The notes: generated by a model from the sequence alone, not told the origin. Shown: positions 45,190 through 56,316, counted from the whole stretch's first letter. The stretch: DNA of 63,071 nt, filler included, from Stramenopiles sp. TOSAG23-3 (GCA_900128585.1; 26 parts of 26 records of this genome joined end to end with filler, not necessarily neighbours in it); one strand, 5' to 3'. Numbers and translations: made by a program.

Positions 45190-45536
45190 TATCGTATTCA
45201 AGAGGTTCATTAACCTTTCATGTGCAATTTTAATCGGGTTTAAAACATTTCTTCGTCCACAGACACCACCACGCGCCCGCCGAGCCAAACCCTGAGTCTC
45301 TGGTGCACTTTCTAAGTCATGCAAGCAGGGTAAGCTGGCATGGCGAGATGGTTGATATCAGCGGCAGCGGAGAGGTGAATTAGTGAAATACTGTGTGTGT
45401 AAAAAACAAATTATATTTAATATATACGTTTGTGATCGCAATCGTATCCAAGAGGTTCGTTAAACCTTTATTTGTCATTTTAACCGGGGTTTTTAACATT
45501 TCTTCGTCCAAAGACACCACCCCGTACCCGAGCCAT
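45190..45536 (+). repeat. Imperfect direct repeat of about 95 bp (45190-45287 and 45441-45536) between convergent genes
   Basis: ATCGTAT.CAAGAGGTTC.TTAA...AACATTTCTTCGTCCA.AGACACCACC...CCGAGCCA twice. Confidence 0.8.
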
Positions 45537-45629
45537 CATTGATTGCCACTGAGAAACTGTACAGCCCAGGCGGCAGGAATGACTTCCTTCATCTATTTAT
45601 TGCTTGTGAACTTTTTAATGCGCTGTGGT

Positions 45630-46184
45630 TTAGGCCTTTGAAATCCCATATTTTTCATATAGGTGGGCGTACTTTTGCCGGTATCGATCTTGTGCCTTAT
45701 CACCTGTGAGTTCACTTTCTCCAGGGAGCTCTACCCGGCCTTTTTTCTTTTTCCTCCTTAGACCTTTCCCGTTCTCTAATAGGGCATAGTCGTCTTCGCT
45801 GGTGTCGCCAAAGTCTTCAAAGTCTTTTGCCCGTTCCAACAGTTGAGAACGGCGGCAATAGGCAAAGAATAGGCTTAGCAGCTCCAATGCGGACACCCCG
45901 GCTATAATGTAGCCGGCTGGTGCAATGTTTTTCTTGAAAGCTGCCGTCGCGCTTGGGCCCGCTAGTGCGGTAACGTCGTTAATAATCTGGTCCAGCGCGT
46001 CCTTATTCAAACAGACCCCCGTCAGCACGAGATTGGCCAGCAAGAGGATACTGAGGACAATATTGTAAAATCGCAGGAACCAGGTTCGCTTATGGCCATA
46101 GAACGAAAACGTTCCGCACAGCAAAGCCAGGGATGCCCCTGTCGCCGTGATTGTCACTATAGTGAGTTGGAATTTCCACTCGGC
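45630..46184 (-). CDS. Tetraspanin-like membrane protein (5' partial)
   Basis: Three visible TM helices with tetraspanin-like spacing and a charged cytosolic tail. Confidence 0.6.
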   Translation of the reverse strand, partial: AEWKFQLTIVTITATGASLALLCGTFSFYGHKRTWFLRFYNIVLSILLLANLVLTGVCLNKDALDQIINDVTALAGPSATAAFKKNIAPAGYIIAGVSALELLSLFFAYCRRSQLLERAKDFEDFGDTSEDDYALLENGKGLRRKKKKGRVELPGESELTGDKAQDRYRQKYAHLYEKYGISKA

Positions 46185-46297
46185 NNNNNNNNNNNNNNNN
46201 NNNNNNNNNNNNNNNNNNNNNNNNNNNNTTAATTAATTAANNNNNNNNNNNNNNNNNNNNNNNNNNNNNNNNNNNNNNNNNNNNAGTGTACCAATAT

Positions 46298-46515
46298 TTA
46301 AAAACAAAAAATTGGCTGTTAATTAAGTAAATATTTAAAACAAAAAATTGGCTGTTATTTAAAGTCAATTAAAATTTATCTTCTTCATAAAAACAAAAGT
46401 TGGCTGTTATTTTTGGTACTGCGAAGTTATCTCTGCTCCTGAGATCTTTACTAATCCAATTATTTACCCAAAGTAAAAATATTTAAAAATGTTTAAAAAC
46501 AAGAAAATTGGCCAT
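46298..46515 (-). repeat. Cluster of terminal modules of the dispersed repeat family
   Basis: AAAACAAAAAATTGGCTGTT 3-4 times; TACTGCGAAGTTATCTCTGCTCCT as at 39707-39730. Confidence 0.88.
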
Positions 46516-46635
46516 GCAAAATTTTGCTTTTTAATTTCACAAAGTAAATACTGAATTTAGGATTTTTTATTATTTTAACTTAGTTTGAAAACAGACTCTT
46601 TACTTCTACTCGAAACCCGCTGTGTTTTCCGAATC

Positions 46636-48600
46636 TCACCCTTCCAACAGGGCCCTCAGGGCTTGGCTCTGCTCTCCAGACAAGGTACTTCCTACATGGG
46701 TCATAACCTCTTGTGGCACTTTGGCTCGAATGCTTTCTAGCACCGTCTTAATGCGTGCGCGAAGAATCTTGTTCACCAAGTCTTTGCACAGGACGGTCGC
46801 AAAAATATTCACCAGCACAGGAATATTCGAAAAATTTTGCCCCACCAACACGTTCTGATGCCGGCCATTTTCTATCATGTCGCATAGATGATTTGAAACG
46901 GTAATCGATTCCTCATGATCATGCTGCAGGGGCAAATAATGCATCCACTTCATGATAATGTTACTGCTGGCCTCGATGCCCATGTACGGCGCATGCTTGT
47001 CGGCGATTTGACCCAATGCTGACACGGCATTGTCTGTCGCGATTCCGTTGTAGTCATCGTGTGCGTCTTCGCTCATTATACTTTCCACAATTACATTTAC
47101 CGCATTTTGCACAAACGGCTCAAAGGCATTGCCACCATGCGTCGCTGCTTGCCGCAACCCATACACCGCAGCCTGTCGCACGGTCGGGTATTCAACATCA
47201 TTTGTGTTCTGTATCAATAAAGGTATCAGCGAGGCGTAAAGTGGAAAATAAGCCTCGCCCCCATATTCTAAAATGTCATCGACGATAAAAAGAGCAAATT
47301 TGCGATCACTAGGCAGCATATCGGCACTGGACATATCGGCCAGTTTAGCTACCAAAGTCTGCTGCAGAACTGGCACGTACACTTGTTTGTGGGTCTTTAC
47401 AAGGGACCCAATTGCCTCAGCAATATGGAATTGAAGCTCTTCCTCAGACTCGTTTGCAAGCTCCTCCTGCTCCGCGTCTTCTTCGTCGTAATCTTCAGCC
47501 ACTGCCCGTTCTGCTTTTCGAACTGCTCGGCGCTGGAAGCTGTTATGAATTTGCTGAATTAGCCGTTCGTTAATTTCTTTCAGTGCATTCTCATCGAGCA
47601 GGGTCTGGTACACCTTCGCAGCGTCGTTTTCCCTTGGGATTTCGCATATAGCTTCCACTAACTCTTTTGTGCACTGAACAACAGTCTTTAAAACGTCCAT
47701 TTCCGTTTCCGTAACCATGGCCCGCAAAACTTGTTCCAGGACCGACGTGTAAACACTTACCGCGTAATCGTGGCTTTCTTGAGTTTGGGTCGCCCGGGCG
47801 CCGCGCATGATGCAGCGGATCAAATCTGGCATTGCACTTAAAGCGTACGCACGCAAATCGTCGTGGACAGTGCCCGTAATGAGCATTAACGGTTTCAGGA
47901 TATTAATGACAGCCTCTACGTACGGCAAAAAGGCTAACTGCAAGTCCTTCGCAAAATGCGCCATCATATTGACGGCAGTAGTTTTCTCCTCCAATATGGA
48001 AGTGTGTACCTTCACGCGATGGTCCTCCAACTCCCATGTGACTACGTTTTCATCCTCTTCATCTTCGTCATCTGAATTGCCGTTCTGCTCGTCTCCTTTC
48101 TCAGGATAAGGGAGGACGACCTCGGCCTTTAGCTGCGCGCTGTACATTAGAGATGGCATTACGTACTCCAAGTATGGGGCAAAGTCGTTTCCAAGGGCAG
48201 AGCAGATTCTTGCCCACGCCTGAAGCATGTACGATCGCAAAGGGTCGTCCGGGTCTAAATTTGCACTTTGCGCGTCCACCATGAGTTTCATGACTTCCTT
48301 CGCATCTTCGCCAAATTTTTCCTTCCCGACAGCCATACCGATCAGAGTGATGCACTCCAAGGTTTTCGCCCGGAACAGCCTGTCTTTCTTGTCGCAGAGA
48401 GAGTACAAGATCTGCTTGAGCACGGGCATTATGATGTCGTAATATTGTTTGAAGTGCCCCTCGGCACTTTCCGCGACGGAGGCAATGGCCGTCACGGCGT
48501 GTTCCTGCACGCTCCGCTTCCCATGCTGCAGTCGGTCGAACAATGCATTCAGCAAACCATTTAAGTACGGTTCCAGCAGTTCGCTATCAAACATCTCTAT
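46636..48600 (-). CDS. IPO5: Importin-5 / Pse1 (karyopherin beta-3) (5' partial)
   Basis: VQEHAVTAIASVA, LFRAKTLECITLIGMAVGKEKF, QAWARIC.ALG.DF.PYL..VMP, TSILEEK..A, VRQAAVYG, ATDNAVSALG. Confidence 0.93.
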   Translation of the reverse strand: MEMFDSELLEPYLNGLLNALFDRLQHGKRSVQEHAVTAIASVAESAEGHFKQYYDIIMPVLKQILYSLCDKKDRLFRAKTLECITLIGMAVGKEKFGEDAKEVMKLMVDAQSANLDPDDPLRSYMLQAWARICSALGNDFAPYLEYVMPSLMYSAQLKAEVVLPYPEKGDEQNGNSDDEDEEDENVVTWELEDHRVKVHTSILEEKTTAVNMMAHFAKDLQLAFLPYVEAVINILKPLMLITGTVHDDLRAYALSAMPDLIRCIMRGARATQTQESHDYAVSVYTSVLEQVLRAMVTETEMDVLKTVVQCTKELVEAICEIPRENDAAKVYQTLLDENALKEINERLIQQIHNSFQRRAVRKAERAVAEDYDEEDAEQEELANESEEELQFHIAEAIGSLVKTHKQVYVPVLQQTLVAKLADMSSADMLPSDRKFALFIVDDILEYGGEAYFPLYASLIPLLIQNTNDVEYPTVRQAAVYGLRQAATHGGNAFEPFVQNAVNVIVESIMSEDAHDDYNGIATDNAVSALGQIADKHAPYMGIEASSNIIMKWMHYLPLQHDHEESITVSNHLCDMIENGRHQNVLVGQNFSNIPVLVNIFATVLCKDLVNKILRARIKTVLESIRAKVPQEVMTHVGSTLSGEQSQALRALLEG

Positions 48601-48701
48601 ANNNNNNNNNNNNNNNNNNNNNNNNNNNNNNNNNNNNNNNNNNNNTTAATTAATTAANNNNNNNNNNNNNNNNNNNNNNNNNNNNNNNNNNNNNNNNNNN
48701 N

Positions 48702-49056
48702 TGGCATAGTCCATTGGCAGGGCCGTTGGGAGATAGGCACGGAATATCCGGAGCCCTGATGCTATGGACTTGGCGACCCCATTCAAGACGTTCCGCTGGC
48801 AGATTCGCATCTGCCAATCCATCCATCTCTGGCGGGCTGCTATGTAGCTGAAGCTTCCCCCGGTGAGCGGGGTGGGGAATTTTATTTCCGCGAGACGGTT
48901 GAGGAGGTCTTGGGCCCCATTCGAGAAAGCTCCGGTGAGGCTCATCCCAAAAAGTGCTATTTTGGGGGCGCCGTTGTTGGCCGGGTTCAGGCGGTGCAGG
49001 ATGTCTAGCGCTTCGGCGTTTCCCTGGTCTTCTCTGAAATCGTTCCATGCTTGCAT
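48702..49056 (-). mobile_element. Probable C-terminal fragment of a restriction-like-endonuclease non-LTR retrotransposon ORF (CRE-like)
   Basis: IALFGMSLTGAFSNGAQDLLNRLA...RWMDWQMRICQRNVLNGVAKSI resembles the P..(E)T.G.....A...L..LA ... LQR.NA..I tail of RLE elements; no RT motifs visible. Confidence 0.45.
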
Positions 49057-51018
49057 GGCTGTTATTAAAAAACAAGAAAATTGGCTGTTATTTAAGTAAT
49101 TAAATTTAGCTTCCTCATACCCTAATCCTAACTTCATTCTGAAATTTTGTTTTTTCGTTGTTGGTATTTAAGTAATTAAAATTAATGTACTGCGAACTGA
49201 AATCTAGATTTAGACATTCTAGGTTTGCATTCCTTCATGAACTTGATCTGAATCAGTATAGATGGATTAACACTGCTTCCACATGACCCATAATCAACTT
49301 CCTCATCCGGTGTTCCACTCGTAGATGGCTCATTCCTTGAGTGATCTTCAAAGCAGCGGCTTAATTGTTTTAGAGGTGCTCGTTGTCTGCTACGTAAATT
49401 AGTTAAGGGATTGTCATTTCTTCTGATGATTGAGGTGAGGATTGTATCTCGGTGTCTTCATCCGAGGATGACACTACTAGGGACAAGGCAATGCTGGATT
49501 GCTCTCTGCTGGATTGTGGTGAGGACTGGAATGAAGTGTCATTCCCGGAAACCGTGTCGTCCCCGGAGGATAGCACTATTATAGTCGGGGTACTGCCGGG
49601 GTCATCGCTGCTGGAATGCTCGTCCTCCGAGAATTGTGGTTCTGTGTCAGAGGCCGAATATTTTTATTGAAATAAAAATAAACCTAATTCAGTGTTTATT
49701 TAAAAGCAAAGAACTGGCTGTTATTTAAAGTAATTAAAATTTATCTTCCTCGCGTGTACCGGGAGGTAAATTTTAAAAAAATGGCTGTTATTTTAAGTGT
49801 AGTTAAAAATTATCTTCTTCGCATACTGCGAACTTATCTCTGCCCCTGAGATTTTACTAAATCAATATATACCCTTGTCACTTTAGTCTTGACTATCATT
49901 CTCATGTGTACTCCGTTAATAAGTAAATGTTTTCAATTTGCAAGGTTAATTTGGTGTTAAAAACCATTCAGGTTAATGGTTCTTTTCAGAAGATTTACAC
50001 GTTGTTGTGATGAAATAAGAAAATTATATTTAAAACAAAAACTATTTCAGTTTATCTAAATTATACGAAGTAAGTAAATGTTTCCATGCGATTGGTAGCA
50101 TTAGTGTTTTCATTTGATCGTAAACCACTTAGGTTTATTTTTTCTTAAACCATTTGGGTCAATTTTTCTTCTTCCGTCTCAAGTTTCTATCATATTACCA
50201 TGATAACTTAAAAAATAAATTGGCTGTTATTTAAGTAATTACGACGTAAAATTTATCCTCCTCACGTACCGCGGATGTGAATCTGCTCCTTTTATCCACT
50301 AAAGGTTTTATGTTTCTTCATGTACTGCTAACTTATATTTTCGCTTTTTAGAATTTGATTTTAAAAGGAAGAAAAAAAGACTATTGATAATTCACTTGAT
50401 CTAAATTTATTAAGTAAAATGCCAAACAAAATTTATGGTGTTAATGAGATATTAATCTAAAACGTTATATGAATACTTTCCATGCATGCAATACAACATC
50501 TAAATTAGATTAATTCAAATTATTGACCTGATAATTTAGATAAACTGAATTATGTTTTATTTTTTATTTTACCTGAATTGTTTAAAATCAAATTGAAATA
50601 TTTACTTATTATTTAGATATATTGATTAGTAAAATCACAGGAACAGAGATAAGTTTGCAGTACACGAAGAATCGTAAACCTTTAATGGACAGAAGGAATA
50701 GATTCACCTTAGCGGTACACGAAGAAGATAAATTTTAATTTCTTAAATAACAGCCAGTTTTTTGTTTTTAATTTAGATAAAGTGAATAATTAAGTTTTTT
50801 TTTATATATAAGTTTGAGTGAGACGCCGGACGAGGAAGTTGATTATGGGTCATCTGGAAGCATTGCTAATCCACTTACCGATTCAGATCATGCATGGAGT
50901 ACATCTGAGATTGATAGCTAAGACTAAATGACAAGGGTATATCGATTAGTAAAACCACAAGAGCAAAGATAAGTTCGCAGTACATGAAGGAATGTAAACC
51001 TCGAATGTTTAGTAGATT
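49057..51018. repeat. Dense nest of the dispersed repeat family in both orientations
   Basis: Terminal module near 49057, 49070, 49705, 49778, 50215 (one orientation) and 50745 (opposite); internal modules at 49182-49420, 49825-49895, 50625-50735 and 50815-51005. Confidence 0.88.
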
Positions 51019-51499
51019 NNNNNNNNNNNNNNNNNNNNNNNNNNNNNNNNNNNNNNNNNNNNTTAATTAATTAANNNNNNNNNNNNNNNNNNNNNNNNNN
51101 NNNNNNNNNNNNNNNNNNAAGTTGTTGACCATTTTTCAATTCCGCGCCAAAGATACTTGCATCCTTGCTCTCGTCGCAACGTCTCCTTGAAAAAATAATA
51201 GAATAATAATATAGTATACTAATAAACGTACCTATGTTTACCTATATAATAATTATTCCCAAAAACGACCCCTGTTCAATGATTTGGAGTTTGTGAACGA
51301 AGTAAAATATATTTTTATTTAAGAACATGAGATTCATTTAAAACCAAACCGAAACGATAAGAGTTATTATTTTACACGCGTAGTAACTTGGTGAAGCATC
51401 CTACTTCTGTACGTTCTCGCGTTAAATTCAAAACTTCGCGTCAAATTTTTAAGAGCTTGCGATTTCGTCCCTGCAGGCCATTCCGTTTCATCAGCCCGT

Positions 51500-53053
51500 T
51501 TAAACTTTCCAGAAGTACTTAATTTTATACAAATACCAAGCAAGTCCGAGGAAGCCCGAAATCTTGAACAGCACGTAAAGAAGCTGGGCCTCCGGCTTCT
51601 TCTCGCCGCCAACAATGCCACCACAGATAGTATCATGCAAAAATGTCAAAATACTATGCTCTTCCAACGGTGGGTCCGGGTTCACCTGGTTTTTGCCAGG
51701 AGTGACGTACACGGAGTTAAGGATGTACTCGGCAGTTCCGTGGTAAAAAAACACAAGTATCGCGTTCATCCCCATGTATTGAAATGGTCGAAAGAAGCTC
51801 GCACAATACTGTTGCAGTCCATTTTTCACGTCTACAAGGTAATAAACTACTGCAAGCGCCGCACCGCACGATCCTGCCATGAAGAATACGTACGAGACCG
51901 ACCATTCTTGCTTGTTCATGGGCATAAAAGTTGTGAAATGCATAATCAGCCCCACGAACATTAGCAGTCCAGCGAACGACAGCCAGTGCGTCAACCGCGC
52001 TTTTGGCGACGACAGTTCGCTGTTTTTCACGACAAGCCCAAAGTACAAACCAATCCAACAGCTCATGATGGTATTGATGGTTGCCAAAAATCCTTCCGGG
52101 TCGTAGATCATGGCCCCGCACCATGCGGGAGCCCCAAGTTTTGGGCACCTCGCCGGGCTTTGACTCGAGCAATGCTCTGAGCGCGTGCTCATCCAGGTGC
52201 CAAGGTGCTGTTGGGTAAAAAACAAACGGTCGTAGACACCGATGGCACTGCATTCAGGGGTGCCGTCTTTCACGCCAATGATAGTTTCGTAGCCGTAGTT
52301 GTCGCAGACAATGTCAAAGCCTTCCGGGACGTACACCTGGGAGGCTTCGCAGGGGTTCGAGCCGTTAGGGGCGTGGTCCCACCTGTAATAGGATTTCCAA
52401 GTGGGCACCCACGTGAAGAGGACCATCAACAGGTAAATCGCCATGAACACAAAAGCGCCGAGCCATTTGTAACCCGTGTTTGCGAACATTTTCAGGTGCG
52501 GCGACGACATTTTTCGAGCGCACTGGGTCTGCTCAGGAAGCCAGAGCTCAAACATGGCCACAACCGCATACGCGAAACCAATACGGTTCAAGATGCCGCA
52601 GTAACGAATCGTCGACAGGTCCCAGGAGGGTCCGTCCCGGTGGCTCGCTTTGCCGTAGAAACGAACCCCACCAAACCAGCTCCCGCCTTGCAGCATAACT
52701 CCAAGTAGGTACAGCTTGACGGCGCGCTTAAGGGCAAACTTGGTCCCCTCAATACGAGTCTCCCGGTTCACTTTAAACTTTCGAAAACTAAATGCCATCG
52801 ACGTTCCAACCATAAACAGGAACCACGGCATGACGTGGTCCGCCAGAGTGATGTCGTTCCACGGCGAGTGGTTGACGTGCGGGTACGCGTCGCCAACGTC
52901 GTCAACGAAAATCATCATGGCGATGGTATAGCCCCTGACAATATCCAAGGACGTCAGGCGCGCATGTTTTGATGGGCCTTTCTTCTCCGCACTCGTTTGC
53001 ACGTCTGTGCTGCCGTTTATGTCAGAGAGCAACGTCGCGTTTAACTGAGACAT
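51500..53053 (-). CDS. HGSNAT: Heparan-alpha-glucosaminide N-acetyltransferase
   Basis: RLTSLDIVRG.TIA.MIFVD, HSPWN.ITLADHVMPWFLFMVG, GILNRI, YDPEGFL, PMNKQEWSVSYV, MGMNAI. Confidence 0.93.
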   Translation of the reverse strand: MSQLNATLLSDINGSTDVQTSAEKKGPSKHARLTSLDIVRGYTIAMMIFVDDVGDAYPHVNHSPWNDITLADHVMPWFLFMVGTSMAFSFRKFKVNRETRIEGTKFALKRAVKLYLLGVMLQGGSWFGGVRFYGKASHRDGPSWDLSTIRYCGILNRIGFAYAVVAMFELWLPEQTQCARKMSSPHLKMFANTGYKWLGAFVFMAIYLLMVLFTWVPTWKSYYRWDHAPNGSNPCEASQVYVPEGFDIVCDNYGYETIIGVKDGTPECSAIGVYDRLFFTQQHLGTWMSTRSEHCSSQSPARCPKLGAPAWCGAMIYDPEGFLATINTIMSCWIGLYFGLVVKNSELSSPKARLTHWLSFAGLLMFVGLIMHFTTFMPMNKQEWSVSYVFFMAGSCGAALAVVYYLVDVKNGLQQYCASFFRPFQYMGMNAILVFFYHGTAEYILNSVYVTPGKNQVNPDPPLEEHSILTFLHDTICGGIVGGEKKPEAQLLYVLFKISGFLGLAWYLYKIKYFWKV

Positions 53054-53273
53054 GCCTTGTTGAAGCGTTCTATTATAGTTCAGCAAAGCGTCTTATCTTT
53101 AATAAATAATAGTCCTACTCTGAACATACAACACACACATACGAAACTCGACGTAAACAACATTTACACCGCATCATTAACAATGGAAGAATATCTATAA
53201 CATTCGTAAGACTATATATATAATATGAAATCCAAAATCCCTACTTGCTATATTATTGGTCACATTGTTGTTG

Positions 53274-53433
53274 ATTCTTTCTTCTTCTCTTCTTCTTCTT
53301 CTTCTTCTTCTTCTTCTTCTTCTTCTTCTTTCTTCTTCTTTCTTCTTCTTCTTGTTCTTCTTCTTCTTTCTTCTTCTTCTTCTTCTTCTTCTTCTTCTTC
53401 TTCTTCTTCTTCTTTCTTCTTCTTCTTCTTCTT
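53274..53433. repeat. (TTC)n microsatellite
   Basis: Visible trinucleotide tandem repeat. Confidence 0.92.
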
Positions 53434-53535
53434 NNNNNNNNNNNNNNNNNNNNNNNNNNNNNNNNNNNNNNNNNNNNTTAATTAATTAANNNNNNNNNNN
53501 NNNNNNNNNNNNNNNNNNNNNNNNNNNNNNNNNGG

Positions 53536-54024
53536 CTCGAGATTGTCCAGTACAATGCCTGCTGGCGCTGGCACCAGGACGCTTACGTCGGCAGGGCAAT
53601 TGTCAGCTACGTCGGGCCCGGCACGTACACTGCCGAGGATCAGGCCGTACGATGGGACCGATTGCATGAGGAGACTAATGAGAGCAGCGCACCTCACGAG
53701 AGTGTTAAGCAAATGGAAACGAATTCGGTGCTAATAATGAAAGGAGACTCGTGGCCAAATATATGCGGGAAGGGCCTGGTCCATAAGTCGCCAGCAGTTT
53801 ACGGAACGAACCCTCCAAAGCGTCTGATTCTGAAAGTTGATCTGAACACCTTCCAGCCTCAATTAGACTTTGAGGATGGCAGCGACGAGGACGGTGAGGA
53901 AGAAGAGGACTACGACGAAGATCAGACTTCCATCCATGGAGATGAGAACAAAATGGCACTGAAGCGGTTGGCATCATCCGAAGGATTCAAAACAGCAAAG
54001 GCGTGGAAAGTCCGGCGCCGGTAA
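53536..54024 (+). CDS. DUF1826 domain protein, C-terminal part with acidic tail
   Basis: Frame reads CWRWHQDAYVGRAIVSYVGPGT...VLIMKGDSW...GLVHKSP...RLILKVD. Confidence 0.8.
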   Translation, partial: LEIVQYNACWRWHQDAYVGRAIVSYVGPGTYTAEDQAVRWDRLHEETNESSAPHESVKQMETNSVLIMKGDSWPNICGKGLVHKSPAVYGTNPPKRLILKVDLNTFQPQLDFEDGSDEDGEEEEDYDEDQTSIHGDENKMALKRLASSEGFKTAKAWKVRRR

Positions 54025-54221
54025 AGTGCCAAAGAATCGAAAGTAATCGAAGCATGTGTGGCATGGATAATAGAGTTTAAAACACTTTTTTAGTGTGTAG
54101 GTAAATAGCATTCTTGTATACAGAAGAAGAAAAAAGGGAAGGAAAAAAAAATGAAAGTAGAAGAAGAAGAAAAAAAATGAAAGAAGATATAATAATAATA
54201 ATATTTTTTTTTATTATTATT

Positions 54222-54376
54222 AGAAAGAAGAATAGTAGAAGAGAAGAGAAGAAGAAGAGAGAAGAAGAAGAAAGAAGAAGAAGAAGAAGAAGAAGAAAGA
54301 AGAAGAAGAAGAAGAAGAAGAAGAAAGAAGAAGAAGAACAAGAAGAGAAAGAAAAAGAAGAAAGAAGAAGAAGAAG

Positions 54377-54407
<31 letters not shown>

Positions 54408-54487
54408 AAAAGAAGAAGAAGAAAAAAAAAGAAGAAGAAGAAGAAAAAAAAAGAAGAAGAAAAAAAAAAAAGAAGAAGAAGAAGAGG
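54222..54487. repeat. (AAG)n microsatellite
   Basis: Visible trinucleotide tandem repeat. Confidence 0.92.
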
Positions 54488-54686
54488 TAGTAGGAAAAAA
54501 TAAAGAAAGGAAGGAAGAGCTCATCGAATGTTTTGGTATGAGATATTTTGATACGAAGTATCAACTTCATGTACAAACACAGTGCGCTTCTTTTCGATAA
54601 CGCTCTCCATTCGCTCTGCGTTTTTTACTGTCTTTATAGTAGCTAATTTATTAGTGCTAAAAATCGTAGCTAGTATTCGGGCTTAA

Positions 54687-55848
54687 ATGAGTACGAGGCG
54701 GAGACGGCAACCGTCCTCTTCTGCAAAGAAGCGAGGGGCGAAGCGGGCTTCGCTTTCCGGGAAAGATGCTACCAATTTTTTTGGGTGCTCGAGCCTCTGC
54801 AGGTTTGTTTCGGATATGTTTCTGCCGGTTGGGTACCCCCACTCTGTTGAAAAAGGCTATATTGAGTACCAGTTTTGGGACTTGTGCCAAGGGCTGACGT
54901 CCTACGTGCGCTCAAGTCTGGCGATCCGCGAGACTCTCATTGCCTTCGGGGTAGGGGATGTGGCTGCGAACGCTACGTCTGCGGCGCTGTCGAAAAATTT
55001 GCTAGATGCGGCTTCGAAAATTGGCGGGCTGACCTTCACGTGGAGCGTCTCCAGCAAGTTTGGGCACAATATTCGTCAGTGGCGTTTGTTTGCGGACGTG
55101 ATCAATGACATTGGGCTGACCCTGACGATGATTGCGCCTTTGTGCGGCGAAAAGTACTTTCTGTCCGTCGCCGCGTGTGCGAATATCGCGACGACAATGT
55201 GTGGTATAACTGGTGGAGCAACGAAAGCCACCATTAGCCACTTTTTTGCAAAGAAAAATAACCTCGCAGACCTTTGCGCAAAGGAAGGCAGTCAAGAAAC
55301 TTTTGGAAATCTCGTGGGCATATTTCTTGGGTACATATTTTTGTCGTTTCAAGACAGTGCGAACTTCCAGTTGATTTGGTCGTCTTTTTTTGTTTTGACT
55401 GTGCTTCATATCATTGCAAACGTCTACGCTGTGCGGCATTTGCGTTTTAATACCATCAACAATTGCAGGTTTGGCCTGCTGTTCGACAAATTTTATAATC
55501 GCAAAAATACCGTTGAGGCACAAATGGATATTGATTCGATCGCTGCTTCCGAGCCTTACCTAATGTACTGGACCACTATGCCTGTACGAATATTTGCTGG
55601 GCAAAAGCATAGCACTGGTGAGCGGAATGTGCTCCACGAACACGACCGATATCGCATCTTTACTTTGAAGGAAAACAGCGGAAAGAATGATGTGCACATC
55701 GCTTTAAAAAAAGAGGCAGCTATGAAAGACATCCTAAAAGCCTTTTTCCATGCAAACTATCTCAAAAGCCACAATGGGCGCTCCATAGACGTGGAGTTTG
55801 AAGAATTTTTTCTCTGCCTAGTCAAAGAGGGCTGGGATGTAGAGAGGG
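54687..55848 (+). CDS. RUS1: RUS1 / DUF647 family protein (3' end truncated)
   Basis: FLPVGYPHSV..GY.EYQFWD, QWRLFADVIND, GATKA....FA..NNLAD..AKEGSQET. Confidence 0.92.
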
Positions 55849-56316
55849 NNNNNNNNNNNNNNNNNNNNNNNNNNNNNNNNNNNNNNNNNNNNTTAATTAA
55901 TTAANNNNNNNNNNNNNNNNNNNNNNNNNNNNNNNNNNNNNNNNNNNNTTGACCAAACTCTCTTAAGAACAAAACCAAGTGTTTTTATAAGTTCTTAAAA
56001 ACAAAAAAATGGCTGTTACACAAGTGTAATTCTTAAGGTAGTTCACAGTTCACAGAAAATAATTTTTACAACACTATTATATATAGAAAACAAATTATAT
56101 AGTATGTTGAGAAACAAATTATATGTGTTGTATATATTAAAATACACTCTCGTGTTAAGTTTATAAAATATATTTACGGTAAGAGGGTAAGAATTATTAT
56201 ATGTACGACTGTACGACACGAACTCGTGTCGTTAAAAGAGTCATGCTCACCCTGCTATTATTTTGAGGTCGTGCATGTTAGAAACACACACCAATTAAAT
56301 TAGCCGCTTTGGCCCC

